DNA of 64,000 nt from Octopus vulgaris. Taxonomy: Eukaryota. The notes under the pieces are model-generated. The model searched no databases. It saw nothing but the letters and a program-made list of their open reading frames with translations, and was not told the DNA's origin. The DNA lies in the NCBI GenBank assembly GCA_951406725.2, contig OX597830.1:58218001-58282000 (forward strand), read 5' to 3'. The translations under genes and the position numbers were made by a program. Of the stretch, positions 49,527 through 64,000 are shown piece after piece (position 1 is the first letter of the stretch; each line of letters opens with the position of its first letter).

Positions 49527-50045
49527 GTGTGAGAGACAGGGAGAGAGAGAGAGGGGGGGCGTATCAACGTTCTGAGACGTTACAAAGAAGCTAATAAATT
49601 AATCCCCAGATACTTCAGTTGAGAAACCTAAAACTCTGTTTATAAAGATTTGGTTAGTAACAGTTGCGTAAGGGTCATTACATCAACGCTGCGGTGGGTC
49701 GGAAGCCATAGTTGTTTGCCTCTCGTTACCCGTCGTGTAGTTACCGTCATAATTTATTGCTTTGACTCGATTCGCTCGGTTTTAATGGCCGACATGTTTA
49801 GCCAGTCGTTAAGAGAATCTCGTCAAAAAGAATGGAAGTTATTGTCTCGGATATTGTTTTTTCTAACTGTTTATTGTTCTGTTGAAGTGCTTCAAATAAT
49901 AAAATGTGGAAAGAAGAAAAAAACCTTTTGCCTCTTTGGTTATGTGAAAGGGAAGTTCCTTCATAATAATATGTTAGCAGATCTTATAAGCGTTTCTTTT
50001 TGGTGATAAGTAGATGAAAGACAAAGTAAATTATATGTATGTATG

Positions 50046-50173
<128 letters not shown>

Positions 50174-50614
50174 AGAGTAAAGATAGTGAAATGTCGCCAG
50201 CTTTATAGATTCAGTATATCATCTGTTTTGAGATATCAGCTGATAACTCATGATAAAACGAACGAAACATCTTACAATTTTCTAAATCTGTTTCCGCCTT
50301 GGAGACGCAAAACCTCGCCATTGGGAAAAGATTCAACTGTAAAACTCATTATTTTACAAAGAGTGTGTTCTGCTGTGAGAAGGAGAGATCTAGGAATCAT
50401 CGTTGTTTATTAATCTGTAGTTTCATAAACGTTGCTATGAGAAACGGTAGCTCGGCAGGCAGAGTATCTTGAATTGTACCATTTTACATTCCGTGTTCAA
50501 ATCATGCTGGGACCAACTCTATCTTTCATCCTCCAGGAATCAAAAACACAAACAACCAATCAAATGCTGGAATTGATCCCCTCTTCCGTTTCTTAAAACC
50601 TGTAGGTTTTAATC

Positions 50615-51812
50615 TATTGGCAAGAAAGTAATTTCGGTTTTTTAGTGTGAAATAAAAGTAATTTTTTTTTAATACAAAGAATGCAGTTTAATCAATTATA
50701 TATTTTCTATTTTGTTCGATGACCTTTTGCCATTTTTCGGACAACTTCATGATTCTGCGCTCATCGAACTCCTGGTCCTTATCTGCCAAAAACTGAAGCA
50801 AGTGCGATTTCAGATCATCATCATTATTGAGAGTTTTACCATTCAAAGAATTTTGAAAATTTCGAAATGAATGGTAATCTGATGGGGCAAGGTCAGGCTT
50901 TATGGTGGATGTGACATCACTTCCCAACCAAGCTCCAATAATTTTTCACGAGTTAGAAAAGACGTATGTAGTCTAGCGTTGTTGTGGTGGGACACGATTC
51001 TTAACGATTTGCCAATTCTGGCCGTTATTCTTCCTCCAGTTTCATTAGTTGTTGACAGTAAACATCTCAATTGATCGTTCGGTTCCTTGGAAGCAGCTCA
51101 AAATATACAATACCTTTGCAATCCCACCAAACTGACAGCACAACCTTTTTTTGAGACAATCCATTTTTCCTCACCAGTGATGATTCGTTTAAAAAAACGG
51201 TCGATTTCATTGTGTTTGAGACAAAAAGCGCAAATATTGATTCGTTATGTCAAGTGAATCTCTTTCAATTTATGTAGAACCTAAATATCAAGCTTCTTAA
51301 CGAGTCCAAGACATTCTAAGTGGTTTTCGGTTGTTGCATGTGATACATTTAACCTCTCTAAAATCTCTCGCACAGTTCTATGACAATCAGATTCAATTAT
51401 GGCTTTGATTTGGTCATCATCAACTTCAGTAGATCAACCAGAACGTTGGTCATCTTTGAGGGAAAAATCTCCAGAATGGAATTTTTTAAAACCATTTCTC
51501 ATATGTGCATTCTGTTTAGCAATCAACACCATAAACTTCACATCTCTTTGTGAGCCTCAGCAGCTTTCTTGCCTTTATGGAAATAAAAAAGTAAAATATG
51601 GCGAAAATGTTCGTTTTTGCACTCCATCTTAAAATTGACACTGAACTAACAACTGTAAACAAAATTACTCGTAATTTGTTACTAAAGTAAACTAAAAGTA
51701 ACGGATATCAAATGTCAAAAGGAAAAAATCATAACATTGACAAAAGTAATTTTAAAAAATCGTAATTCTATCTATTTACGAAAAACGAAGTTACTTTCTT
51801 GCCAACGCAATA
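50615..51812 (-). mobile_element. Decayed mariner transposon
   Basis: TIRs ttggcaagaaagtaa / ttactttcttgccaa; PDLAPSDYHxF..WQKVIEQN transposase end. Confidence 0.92.
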
Positions 51813-52264
51813 TTTTAGAAATAATTGTTCTTTAGTTAAGAATAATAATAATAAAGAAAGAGCCTTGTCAATTCAACATTTTCACGGCGGGGGAGACTTG
51901 GTATGTAAATAGACCTTTAATTGCTGCTAAATTTTGTAATGAGCTTTTTCAATGTATCAGGATGATGTTTCATAATACATTGTTTTCTTTATTTATCTAA
52001 TCTCTTTTTAATAGGTTTATCTTCGACTCCCTAGTCCTCCTCCCACCATGGTAATTTATTTCAAATGTTATATATTCCGAGAGAAAAGCCTTGGCGCTTT
52101 GTGTGTCAATTGTATCGTACAACAGTAGATGTAAATGAAGTAACTATTGATCACTGACGATATTCAGTGGGTTTTTGTCCCTTAATAACGTAATAATCGA
52201 AAATATATCAAAGTTGCTTTTTTTTTTTTTTTTTACATCACTTGTATCCTAGATTATTGAAAAC

Positions 52265-52416
52265 CAGGCGTGAGCAAACGTTTTCGAGAAGCGGACCACA
52301 TGAGAAATAGTTCATCGTAGGGCGGGCCGCACTATTAAAGAAATTCAAGGTAATTTATTTGCCTGGCATGCCATTCAGAAAAAAAGGTTTCCCGGGCTGC
52401 AGTTTGACCATGGCTG
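52265..52416. mobile_element. hAT-type MITE
   Basis: TIRs caggcgtgagcaaac / gtttgaccatggctg; TSD ttgaaaac / ttgtaaac. Confidence 0.72.
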
Positions 52417-52874
52417 TTGTAAACAAATCTTTGAGTCGCCATTTCCGTTTGGAGTTCCTTCAAACTGTATCGCTTCATATATTAAGTTTCAACAACTGAA
52501 GACTAAATCCTTACTCGCCATCCAGTTTTTTTTTCTTTTTACTACCATGTCCAGATTAACAAAGAAGGCAGCGAATTGGCAGAGTCAGCATCGGATAGAG
52601 TATTCGTGGAGTTTGTTTCGATTCTCTTGGCTCTGGGTTCAAAGTCCACCGAGATCAACTCTTCCTTTTATCGATTCGTGGTCGATAAAAAAGAACCAAC
52701 CTAGGGCGGTGCATTTGCAGAGATGTTAAGTACGTCGGATGAGATGCATTGCGGCCTTTGCCCCAGCAACGTGAAATAAAGTGTCTTGCTCAAGGACACA
52801 ACGAGTCGTCGAGAATCGAACGCACGACCTTACGATCGTGGGCCGAATGCACTAAGCCACGCGCCTTCACCGTC

Positions 52875-52905
<31 letters not shown>

Positions 52906-53595
52906 TTATGCATGTATGTGTGTGTGTATATATATATATTTGAATTTTACAGAAAAACAAAAGACGAAGACAGGTGTATAAACAACAAGTAGGAGTATTA
53001 GTTTAACGCTCGGAAAGTGAGAGAGTCTTTTACGTTTCGAGCCTATGCTCTTTCGAGAGAAAGGAGCACGAGAAATAAACAAAGACAATTAAAAGAAACC
53101 TTTGGAGCTAATGTATGTATGTGTGTATGTATGTATGTTTGTATGTACTTATACACCACACACACACATATATATATGATTATATATGCATGTATACGTG
53201 TGTGTGTGTGTGTATGAGGAGAGAGAGAGTGAGGGAGAGGGAGAGTTATTGACAGTTGCAACACTTTTATCAGAATGTATACACACAACTTAGGGTTGTG
53301 TGTATAAAATTTTGTTTGGTGGAGTATTTGTCTGTTGGTGTGTGTATGTATGTATGTGTGTTTATGTATGTATGTGTGTGTGTTTGTGTGCTTGTATATG
53401 CGAGTGTCTAATCGGGTGGGGCGAAGGGTGAGGGGTATAAAACTTTGACATTCTTTAATAATTGGACAAATAAATTGCTGGTTTATCATGGAACCAACCC
53501 ATTCTTCAACACAATGTCAAGAAAAACACAAATTACCATGTGTGTGTGTTTGTGCGTGTGTGTCTGTATGAGTGTTTGTGTGTATATATATATGT

Positions 53596-53662
<67 letters not shown>

Positions 53663-53831
53663 CATATATACATATATGTATGCATATACGTATATATACA
53701 TGCATACACACATATACTTGTAAGTATACATTTATATATACACACACACCGACATACATAGATGTATAGCGCTTATCATACATTATTATCTATACATACA
53801 CACACGCACACATACGCACACGCACACACGC

Positions 53832-53869
<38 letters not shown>

Positions 53870-54071
53870 CATCATCATCATCATCTCGTAAAGTTGACCA
53901 CTTCGGTATTTGGCACGTTTTGTTGCTGTGAACGAGGAATGGACAGCAAAAGTTGTTATCTGTTTTCCATTATAAGACAATTGAGACGAACAGAAAACCT
54001 GTGAAACTCGTCAACCAACAATAAGAAGGTCTTCGCTGTTTGCTTAAAGCTATTGATACTTTATACTACTT

Positions 54072-54106
<35 letters not shown>

Positions 54107-54571
54107 TCTACTGCTGCTACGAAAATGTGGTACGACAGTCAATGAAAGTCATCCGATTCATGGTTATTGCTCGTCGGAAACTACGATTACAAAGACATGT
54201 TGCAGAAAAATAGAGAGGGGGGAGAGAGCGGCGAAAAAGGGTGGTATATATCCGGTTGTTTAACCCTGTTCTCATTGAGCAAGCCTATGATCAGTGGTAT
54301 TCCATTCTGAACATCCAACCTGTTTGTATATCCATGAGTATATTGTCCAACATATTTCAACGTGATTTGAGGGGGATTTTGCAGGTACTTCTAGCAGGTC
54401 TTGTAACAGCATAGACCAGTCATGGGGAAACTGCGGCTCGCGAGATATTTCGAATAGCATACCTTCGGGTGCACTGCACTGTTGTCAGCCATTTTCTTTC
54501 GCGTTAGCCTATCGACTTTTCTATCTCTCATTTGGTCTAATTCAAAATAGCCATTCATGCAGACAATCGCT

Positions 54572-54720
<149 letters not shown>

Positions 54721-54745
54721 GAGAAATTCATATATACATATATAC

Positions 54746-54816
<71 letters not shown>

Positions 54817-54826
54817 TATATGTATG

Positions 54827-54906
<80 letters not shown>

Positions 54907-55033
54907 GTGTGTGTATGTATGTATGTATGTATGTATGTATGTATGTATATAATTATTAATATCAGGGAATTTATTTCCGAGTCCACAGGGGAAAGAAATT
55001 CAATTTAGTGGTACTAAAACGAATTTCCTTCTG

Positions 55034-55098
<65 letters not shown>

Positions 55099-55217
55099 TT
55101 TAAGAGACAGAACCACCTTCAAGAAACTCAATCAACTTTGAACGACATTATCTATGATAGAGATATATAAGATTAAATATTATCAACTTAATACTTGCAA
55201 TTACTAATCTGATTCAT

Positions 55218-55322
55218 AGACTACGCGCGTTTCATGACAATAAATATATCGATATTGCTAAAGTAGAAGGTCTTGAAATTCAATACTTTATCGATCCGAC
55301 GATACTGCCAATCTTCAGGTCT
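55218..55322 (-). ncRNA. Minimal type I hammerhead motif with long stem II insertion
   Basis: AGAC-CTGAAGA-T-TGGCAGTA..TATTGTCA-T-GAAA-CGCGCG-TA-GTCT. Confidence 0.8.
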
Positions 55323-55368
55323 GGATTATATAAAACTATTTTACTATTTACAACCTATATAGAGACAT

Positions 55369-55607
55369 GATAATTAAAATTATACATTTTAGAAATCATC
55401 GAAATAATTTATCTTAACTAAAAACGAACGAAATAAAGCATAAAAAATAGGAAAAAGAAAAAAAAATTTAAGCACTCTTAAAAGTTAATAAGAATAAAGA
55501 TAAGTTAAATTTTCTTTTTCTTTTTACTATTTTTTATGCTTTATTTCCTCCGTTTTTAGTTAAGATAAATTATTTCAATGATTTCTAAATGTATAATTTT
55601 AATTATC
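55369..55607. repeat. Inverted repeat (about 100-bp arms) at the 5' side of a hammerhead element
   Basis: ataattaaaattatacattt...aaatgtataattttaattat. Confidence 0.8.
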
Positions 55608-55804
55608 TCCGTTGATCATGAATGACCATGGGATAGCACCTAGAAATTTCCCCTCCGTGGCACAAGTCCAGCCGAGGTTTTTTGCGGAAGACCAGCAGTC
55701 GCCCATGCATACTAACCCCCACTTTCAGCCACTGGTGTTATCCAAGAGAAAGGCCAATACAGCTTAACACCAGTGACGTTGCAATTTATTTCACATAATG
55801 TTGC

Positions 55805-56353
55805 AGTCCTGGTCAGGACGAATGTTACTGTTATTTTGCCCCAGGAAACATCGTCTCCATCTGGCCATCAACGTACTGTGTCCTTATATTTTCGAACAAG
55901 GCAGCTTAGTGTCCCCACTCAGCTTTGAGAGTTCAGTAAATAACAGTAACATTCGCCCTAATCAGGACTGCCACATTATGTTGGTAAATAATCTTTACTC
56001 TAGAGTACTGTTACTGAATGTCTCTCGTTCAGAGATTTAGAAATAACAATTTTTCTATTTATGAGATCAGTGACTGTGTGTCACTTTGAAAAGTATATAT
56101 TTCCAACATGAGTCTAGTATCGTCATCTCTAGCCAAGCAGGTATTCTGTGCTGATGAAGAGAAATAACCCAGAAACCATTGGTGCACAGATATTTCTTTG
56201 TACTGAGTGGGGACGCTAACTCCCTTGTTCGAAAATATAAGGACGCAGATAGGGCGTCGAAAGCCAGCTGGAGACGATGTTTCCTGGGGCTAAATAACTG
56301 TAACATTCGTCCTAATCAGGACTACCATATCATTTTGGCAAATAATCTTTACT
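55805..56353. repeat. Diverged inverted repeat with an internal direct duplication
   Basis: 55805-55923 versus 56203-56325 inverted; 55937-55998 versus 56292-56353 direct. Confidence 0.7.
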
Positions 56354-56429
56354 ATGTTCAACTAAAACCCTTCGAGAATGAGAGAGTATGCGCGCGCGCG
56401 CGCGTGTGTACATATATATATATATATGT

Positions 56430-56668
56430 ATTCTTTTATTCTTTTACTCGTTTCAGTCATTTGACTGCGGCCATGCTGGAGCACCGCATAGAAGGGTTTT
56501 AGTTGAACAAATCGGTCCCAGGGCTTATTTTTTAAGCCAAGTACTTATTCTATCGGTTTCTTTTGCTGAACCGCTAGATTACTTGGAGATAAACACACCA
56601 ACACCAGTTGTCAAGCGATAATGGGGGGGCGGACAGACACAGACACAAAGACATACACACATAGATAT

Positions 56669-56742
<74 letters not shown>

Positions 56743-56898
56743 GACAGGCTTCTTTCAGTTTCCGTCTACCAAATCCACTCTCAAGGCTTTGGTCGGCCCG
56801 AAGCTATAGTAGAAGAAACTTGCCCAAAGTGCCACGCAGTGGGACTGAACCCAGAACCATATGGTTTGTAAGCAAGCTAGTTACCACACAGCCACACC
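56430..56898 (-). mobile_element. SINE family C full-length copy
   Basis: Reverse-complement match to 9497-9900. Confidence 0.85.
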
Positions 56899-57410
56899 TA
56901 TATAAAATTTATTATCAAAATTTCTAAGCTAACATCTACTTTGTTTAGAAACATTTGTACCTCTTTTTCTGAAGTTGCCCTGACAACGGTGGCCCAGTTT
57001 CCCGAGAATGTAAACGATGTTCAAATCGGTGAGGAAACTTGCGACTCCTTTTGTTACTGGCTGCGATGGAACAGAAGTGTGAAAACTGCTGTTAGGAAAT
57101 GTCAGTTTTTCAATGTTTATTCAAATATGTCAAATTTAGGAAACTGTCAGCTCGTTAAAGCTGATGTCATCAAGCATAAGGAAATACAACTGCATGTGTG
57201 GCGGAATCTCTAAGCTAACCCCAGCTGTTTGTAGATATATATGTACGTGAGTGCACGCATCGAGGCGTGTGTGAGTGTCGTTTGGTGCGTGCGTGTGTCA
57301 AAGTAAATACTGTGCGGATTTGGATGTGTGTGCATGCATACATATTTGTATACATGTAAGTATACATGTAAGTATACATGCATTCATGCGTACACGGGTG
57401 TCTGTATATG

Positions 57411-57442
<32 letters not shown>

Positions 57443-59412
57443 TGTATGTATGTATGTATGTATGTATGTATGTATCTATCTATCTATCTATCTGTCTGTG
57501 CGTGTGTGTGTATGTCTGTACGTGTGTGTGCATGCGTGTGTGTGTGTATTTTTGTACAGAAGCCATATACACAGTAAGTCTAATAAACAAATACTTAATC
57601 TTATAGTGAAATTACGGCCATGAATAAACCACTGCGCTTTCAATAGATTGAAATGAAAATCAAACCGACTAGTGTCGAGCTTGAGCGACGTCATCAGGGA
57701 AAGGACATACAAACACGCATGCACGCATATACGAGGTGGCCACGGTTTGAACGTTTTCGTTGATCGGTTTACTCGATCAGGGCTAACAACAGCTCGTGAC
57801 ATCACATGAATTGGAATTGTTCAATGAAATATCGAACATTGTCAGTTATTGAACAATAATTGTTGTATTCTGTGTGGATTGTTATTTATTGTGCAAAAAT
57901 AATGAACTCAGCGACATGGCTTCAATATTCATTTGACGATAATTTTATTAATTTAAGCCATTCATACCATTTCAGAAGGTATGACGAACAAAATAAGTCT
58001 TCATTATTTTCCCATTAAAATATAAAACGTCCTAGGCTGGTTAGACAAAGACAATAGTATGAGAATCAAAATGTACCGGAGTTTATATATTGATAAATTA
58101 TCAGAAGCACAAACTGAAAAGTAACTCTAAGTAGACTTGTAGGCACTGGTATTGGATTTTAAAGGGGCTAAATGCAGACGCCGGCTCCTTTAGGAAAGAG
58201 TTACCTGTTTTTATAACTCATTCTAATTATTTCTGGTGTGTTACTAGTAAGTATATCATGTACACAACATGAATACGTATATATTAATATATATATGTGT
58301 GTGTGTGTGCGCGTGCGTTTTCACAACCTTCTTGAGAGTATTATCAGTTGAAATCTGGTCTATTTGTCACATCTGGCTCGGACTTAGCAGCTTCGCATAC
58401 CCCGTGCTTGATTGAATCATTTATTTTCAGCTGATAAGTCACGGTTTCACTTCTTATTGCTGAATAAGTACGCACGCTTATGCCAAAACAATGAATTAGC
58501 GTCGTTTTTAAAACGTTGGATGAATAACGCTCTGTAATGTTGCATTAACTGTTGCTCAGGTCTGCCTTTCGTAGTTTCGTGTAACAACAGTATCGATCTT
58601 GGGCAGTGAATGGCTGAGGTGTTGATGTGTTGGACTGCATAGTGGCGGTACTTGCGTTGGCTTTCTGCTTTCTAAAGGTAACGCCAGTAATGACACTGGC
58701 TCCAAGCCTTATCGGTCTTTCAGAAAAGTTTTTCAGTTTTTCGTTTAAACAATCTAGTAACAAAGGCAATAAAATTATATGCACAGAAAACTCAGACTTC
58801 TACTGAAAAGTAAATCAAATAAGTAAACTTAGGTTTGCACATATGATTGCAGATATTAGCCAACAATCAACAACGGAGGTCCGTGAATAGGAAAGAGTAG
58901 AAACTACTAAACTGTCGTCATCAGGGATCGCTGCCTTCGCCTTCCAAGTTGCTCAAGTTAAACTACTTGCAAATATAAACATAATTATGACAAATATATA
59001 AAAAGTTTGACAGCCGAGTATTATTGACATTTGACCCAGCACCGCCTTATTGTAAGTAAATGTGGAAATAGAACATTTATTAAATATGTTTAATAAACTT
59101 GTATATATAAATTTCGTTACAGTTGTTGTAATTTTGTTTTTATTTATTATAAACGGTTCTCTTCTTCACGTCGACTGCTCAAAAGGTATCGTCAGTGATC
59201 TCTGACGAGTCTTTAATAAATAAAAAAAACGATATTAGCCTCATTTCCAGCTGAAGAAAGCCCCGATGTTCAACCATGGATTCTATTTTCACATTGAAAT
59301 CAAATATTTTATTTGGTTACATTATTTATTATTCTATTTTTCGATTTTCACTTTCAACCAGAAGCTAAGGCACCTTATTTAAAATCATGCAGTAAATTCA
59401 TACAGTAAATGG

Positions 59413-59456
<44 letters not shown>

Positions 59457-59558
59457 ATATATATATATTATATTCCTCCTTCTTCCCTTCTTTCCTGAGC
59501 GTCCAATAATACTTTATTTGTTCCACATCCTTGCGTTGTTGTCTTTTTGTTTGGATTA

Positions 59559-59634
<76 letters not shown>

Positions 59635-59920
59635 TAGCTGTTATTAAAAAGGACGGATCTTTTCGGTTTGAACGGCAGTTTTTAAAAATAATTTCCACGT
59701 AACTAAACACTTTTAAACTTCGTATACTGGTAGAATGTGTTTATAAAACATCTTTTTCTCTTGGCTTCATTGAGAAAATACTATAGTTTGTAAGATATTT
59801 GTTGTTGTTTTTTCTTCAATTTCTGCAATTTCAACCAATCAATGACGTCTATTGAGGTGAAAACATTCTGTGCCGTATGAATATGTCCCTCGTTTAAGAA
59901 ACAGATTGGGTTTATTTACA

Positions 59921-60159
59921 TTTCAACGAAAAGTAAAACAAGAAAAACAATTAAATTGAAAAAAATTAAATGAAATGTTTTGTAAATATTTCCATAGTCT
60001 TCAAATAGTTAGGACATTTTCTTTTGTGAAGAGAGACAGACAGACAGACAGAAGAAAGGAAAATGTCCTACCTATTTGAAGACTATGGAAATATTTACAA
60101 AACATTTCATTTAACTTTTTTCAATTTAATTGTTTTTCTTGTTTTACTTTTCGTTGAAA
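59921..60159. repeat. Inverted repeat (about 100-bp arms, GACA-repeat spacer)
   Basis: tttcaacgaaaagtaaaac...gttttacttttcgttgaaa. Confidence 0.85.
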
Positions 60160-60247
60160 AAGTCGAAAAGAGTTGAACCGGTGATAACCTTTACAAAATG
60201 GATTTCATGGTGAAATTATTTTAGCATTTTCTACCGTAACTTATTTT

Positions 60248-60303
<56 letters not shown>

Positions 60304-60386
60304 ATATATACACACACACACATACATACCTATACTTATGTACGTATATATATATATATGTATATGTACGCATATATATACATACG

Positions 60387-60439
<53 letters not shown>

Positions 60440-61157
60440 GTATGCATATATGTATACGTATGTATATATATATATACATATATATGTACACACACACACA
60501 CATTCAGGGTAAAACGCGTGACTGAATTCGTTGCCATATCAGATATGAAAAGTTATATTTCTAAGTTGGAACTCAGCCACAGTCGATTTAGCGTATCTCT
60601 CCTGTGGGAGATGGGTGCAACGACTATCAGAAATAAATATACATGGTTTCGAATGATGCATTGAGGTATTAAAGGGGCCCTGAAGTACATTGATATCACT
60701 TAAGTAAGTATTTGCACCAACATCTGTAGCCACGTTGGTGCCAAACGTGTATTTCTTTAGCTTTTGGTAAGAAACTAAAGATACTGAAGCACACACCTTT
60801 CTTTGTGTAAACACACAGAATACTAAAACAATAATGATTTCCGATTTAGACATAATACCAGTAATTTTCGAGGGAGAAGGGATTATTCGGTGTCATCGAC
60901 TTAGTACTACTCTGGTACTTTATTATATCGACCCTGGGGGCGAAAAAAAGCAAAGTTCTCCACGGTGAGGTTTGAATTCAAAACGGGATGAGCCAGAAGA
61001 AATGCCGCTAAGCATTTTGTTCGACGCACTAACGACGCTTTTTTTGCCGCAGGAACTGAAAAATCATTTACTAAGCCCACTGAGCAATGATGTTGTACAT
61101 TGCAACGATTCAGCTTCTGAAGATGGGATCATAACTAGCCCCCTTCAGGACAGCCAA

Positions 61158-61448
<291 letters not shown>

Positions 61449-63058
61449 AGTGACAGCCTATCTCCGTTGCTTTTCGATCTCTACATGATACCCCTGACCT
61501 TGGTACTTAGGAAAACGAACCTGGGGTAACTACTAAAGGAAAAATCCCAAACAATCAGCCACCTTCTCTTCATAGATGATTTGAAACTGTATGGTAAAGA
61601 TGAGGCACAAAGGAGTTCCTTGGTGAACACGGTCCACTGTTTTAGTACTGATATTAGAATGGAATTTGGACTCAAGAAGTGCGGAATGATCTACCCAAAA
61701 AGGGGCAAGATACAGTCCCTAGCAGGGATAGAATTACCGAATAGGGACTTGATTAAGCAAATTGAAACGTAAAGATACAAATACCTTGGCGTATTAGAGG
61801 CCAACGAGAAGAATGGAAAAGGAAATGAAAGAGCAACTGAGGATGGGATATTTCCGAAGACCGAGGTTGGTTCTGCGCTCAAAATTGACTGAATGGAATA
61901 AAATTCAAGCAGTTAAAGACGTGGGCGATAGCATCACTTCGGTGTGGAGCGGGAATTATAAAATGGCAAAAGAGAGAATTGAAGAAAATGGATACCAAAA
62001 CCAGAGAAACGTTGACAGTACACGGCGCTTTCCACCCTGAGAGTGACACCGATAGGCTCTACTTGTCCAGAAGAAAGGGTGTGAGAAGTTTGATCAGTTG
62101 CCAGTAATGTAAAGAAGCAGAGGAAAACAACCTTGGGTGGTATATAAAAAATGCCGTGGAGCCACTGCTGAAATACACGAAGAAGGCCGGCGTAATCGAA
62201 AATGACGACTGTGTAACTAAAGAAAAATTTTAACAAGAACTGATAAAAAAAAAACATGGAAGGAAAAAGAAAATGTACGGTCAGTTTGCAAGGGAGGTGA
62301 ACGTCAAGACAGATACAGAAGATAGGTGGCTATGGATGAGGTGGAGTGACCTGAAGATAGAGACAGGAATACTCATATGCGCAGCTCAAGAACAAGCGTT
62401 AAGGACCAATTATATGAAGTGCAGAATAGGCAGCACTACCGATAGCGACAAATGCAGAATGTGTGGAGAGAGAGGTGACATGGTATGGCACATTGTTAAC
62501 GAATGCCAGAAATTGGCACAACACAAATACAAAAGATACCAAGACAATGTGATAGAAGGAGTCACCGAAAATGAGAATTACAAAATCCTGTGGGATGCAA
62601 TGATCCAGTGCGATCACCCGACCAAACATCGGAAACCGAACATTGTTGTGGTGAATAAAAAAGAAAGAACATTTATGATTATCGACATAGCATGTCCCGG
62701 TGACAACAGGGTCGATGTGAAAGAAGAAGAAGAACAAATAAACAACCATGACTATTTAAAGTAGGACATACAAAGGTTGTGGTCAATGAAGAGAGTAGAC
62801 TTTATTCTAATAGTATTTTGTGCACTTGGAAGTATCAGCACTCAACTACCAACATGGCTGAAAAAGATCGGTGCAAGTGTGAAGGTAGAACACCTACAAA
62901 AATCAGAATTGCTTGGAACTGCAAGAATTCTTTGCAGGGTTCTTGAACCATGACCAGTAAACAAGTGTCACCTTAGTCTGCTGGATGTGGACAGCTGACA
63001 CTTTCCATCATACCCAGCAAAAAAAAAAAAAATTAAAAAATAAGCTGGTAGATTTTCA
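61449..63058 (+). mobile_element. 5'-truncated R4/Dong-like LINE (RT end, zinc knuckle, RLE), pseudogenised
   Basis: DSLSPLLF, HLLFIDDLKLYG, MEFGLKKC, CRMC..HIVNEC, KPNIVV..IIDIACP; stops and frameshifts; (AAT)n on both flanks. Confidence 0.92.
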
Positions 63059-63072
63059 TAATAATAATAATA

Positions 63073-63680
63073 AAAGATCTTGAAATAGAAATCAGCAAAA
63101 TGTGGAAGCTGAAGACTAAAACAATACCTGTTGTCATAGGTGCCCTGGGAATGATAGCGAAAGGGACTGATTGGTACCTAACTCAGATACCAGGAAACCC
63201 CAAAATGGCAGAAATTCAAAAGATAGTGCTCATGGGAACTGCTCATATCCTACGCAAAATACTCTCTATGTAATCCCAAGGTTTAAAACAAACTTTTTTT
63301 TTTTTTTTTTTTCTTTTTTCTTTTTTTTTCTTTTTTATTTGTTTATTTTTTATTTTTATGTATTAGACATTCACTAGTACAACACCAAAAAAAAAAACCC
63401 AAATATATGGCACAGAACTTCTAACCTGTTGTCTCTTGAGGTCTCTGGGTGAGACTTGGAGCCAACTTGTACAGACATAAAGCAAAAGTCAAACATAGAA
63501 TAATTATAATAATAAAGTACAACACCCCCACCAATAAAGTACAACACCCCCACCCCTCAAATATATGGCACACTAGGCATAACAACAACATGAACTTCCA
63601 ACCCTGTTGTCTCTTGAGGTCTCTGGGTGAGACTTGGAGCCAACTTGTACAAATATAAAGCAAAAGTCAAACATAGAATA
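63073..63680 (+). mobile_element. RLE LINE 3' end with a tandemly duplicated 3' UTR
   Basis: Near-identical to 23335-23745 (reverse). 63424-63500 is repeated at 63602-63678. Confidence 0.88.
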
Positions 63681-63702
63681 ATAATAATAATAATAATAAT
63701 AA

Positions 63703-64000
63703 TCCTTTCTACTATAGGTACAAGGTCTGAAATTTGATGGGAGAGGACTAGTAGATTATATCGACCCCAGTGCGTAACTTGTACTTAATTAATCGGGCCC
63801 GAAAGGATGAAAGGCTATGTCGAGCTCGGCGGAATTTTAACTCAGAACGTAACGGCAGACGAAATACCTATTTCTTTATTACCCACAAGGGGCTAAACAC
63901 AGAGAGGACAAACAAGGACAGACAAACGGATTAAGTCGATTATATCGACCCCAGTGCGTAACTTGTACTTATTTAATCAACCCCGAAAGGATGAAAGGCA
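63703..64000 (-). mobile_element. Two SINE family A copies, the second with a Tx1-like tail
   Basis: Same consensus; the second copy is cut by the window end. Confidence 0.85.

Noticed and set aside
54463-54560. Minus-strand AAG|gtatgc donor as the upstream exon of the gene
   Set aside because: The reading frame is hydrophilic and phase 0, incompatible with direct joining to the phase-1 TSP1 exon.
59198-59245. CTGACGA-GTCTTT...AAAAC-GATA hammerhead-like string
   Set aside because: GAAA is mutated and there is no stem I.

Overview
AT-rich, microsatellite-saturated animal genomic DNA. The repeat families and SINE heads look like a coleoid cephalopod such as Octopus (inference, not checked). 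Almost all listed ORFs are microsatellite artefacts. Reading splice sites by hand recovers one minus-strand gene with 12 phase-compatible coding exons (46503 to 12781, about 535 codons; first exon not found). It encodes a probable extracellular protein: TSP1 repeat, TSP-N/LamG domain, linker, six EGF repeats and a C-terminal EMI-like segment, with a probable GC-AG intron. The rest is transposon-derived: tRNA SINEs, CR1, Tx1/L1 and RLE (R4/Dong-like) LINE ends, a Helitron helicase fragment, a mariner, hAT and Tc1 MITEs, and a probable solo LTR. The most notable signal is about ten type I hammerhead ribozyme motifs from several unrelated non-coding elements. Most sit in (TA)n tracts and several form Penelope-style inverted duplications. 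They include a complete hammerhead, U3-A8 covariant cores, a recurrent U-U pair closing stem II, and a tRNA-headed (Pol III) SINE carrying a hammerhead in its 3' part. All folds were derived by eye; no database searches were run.
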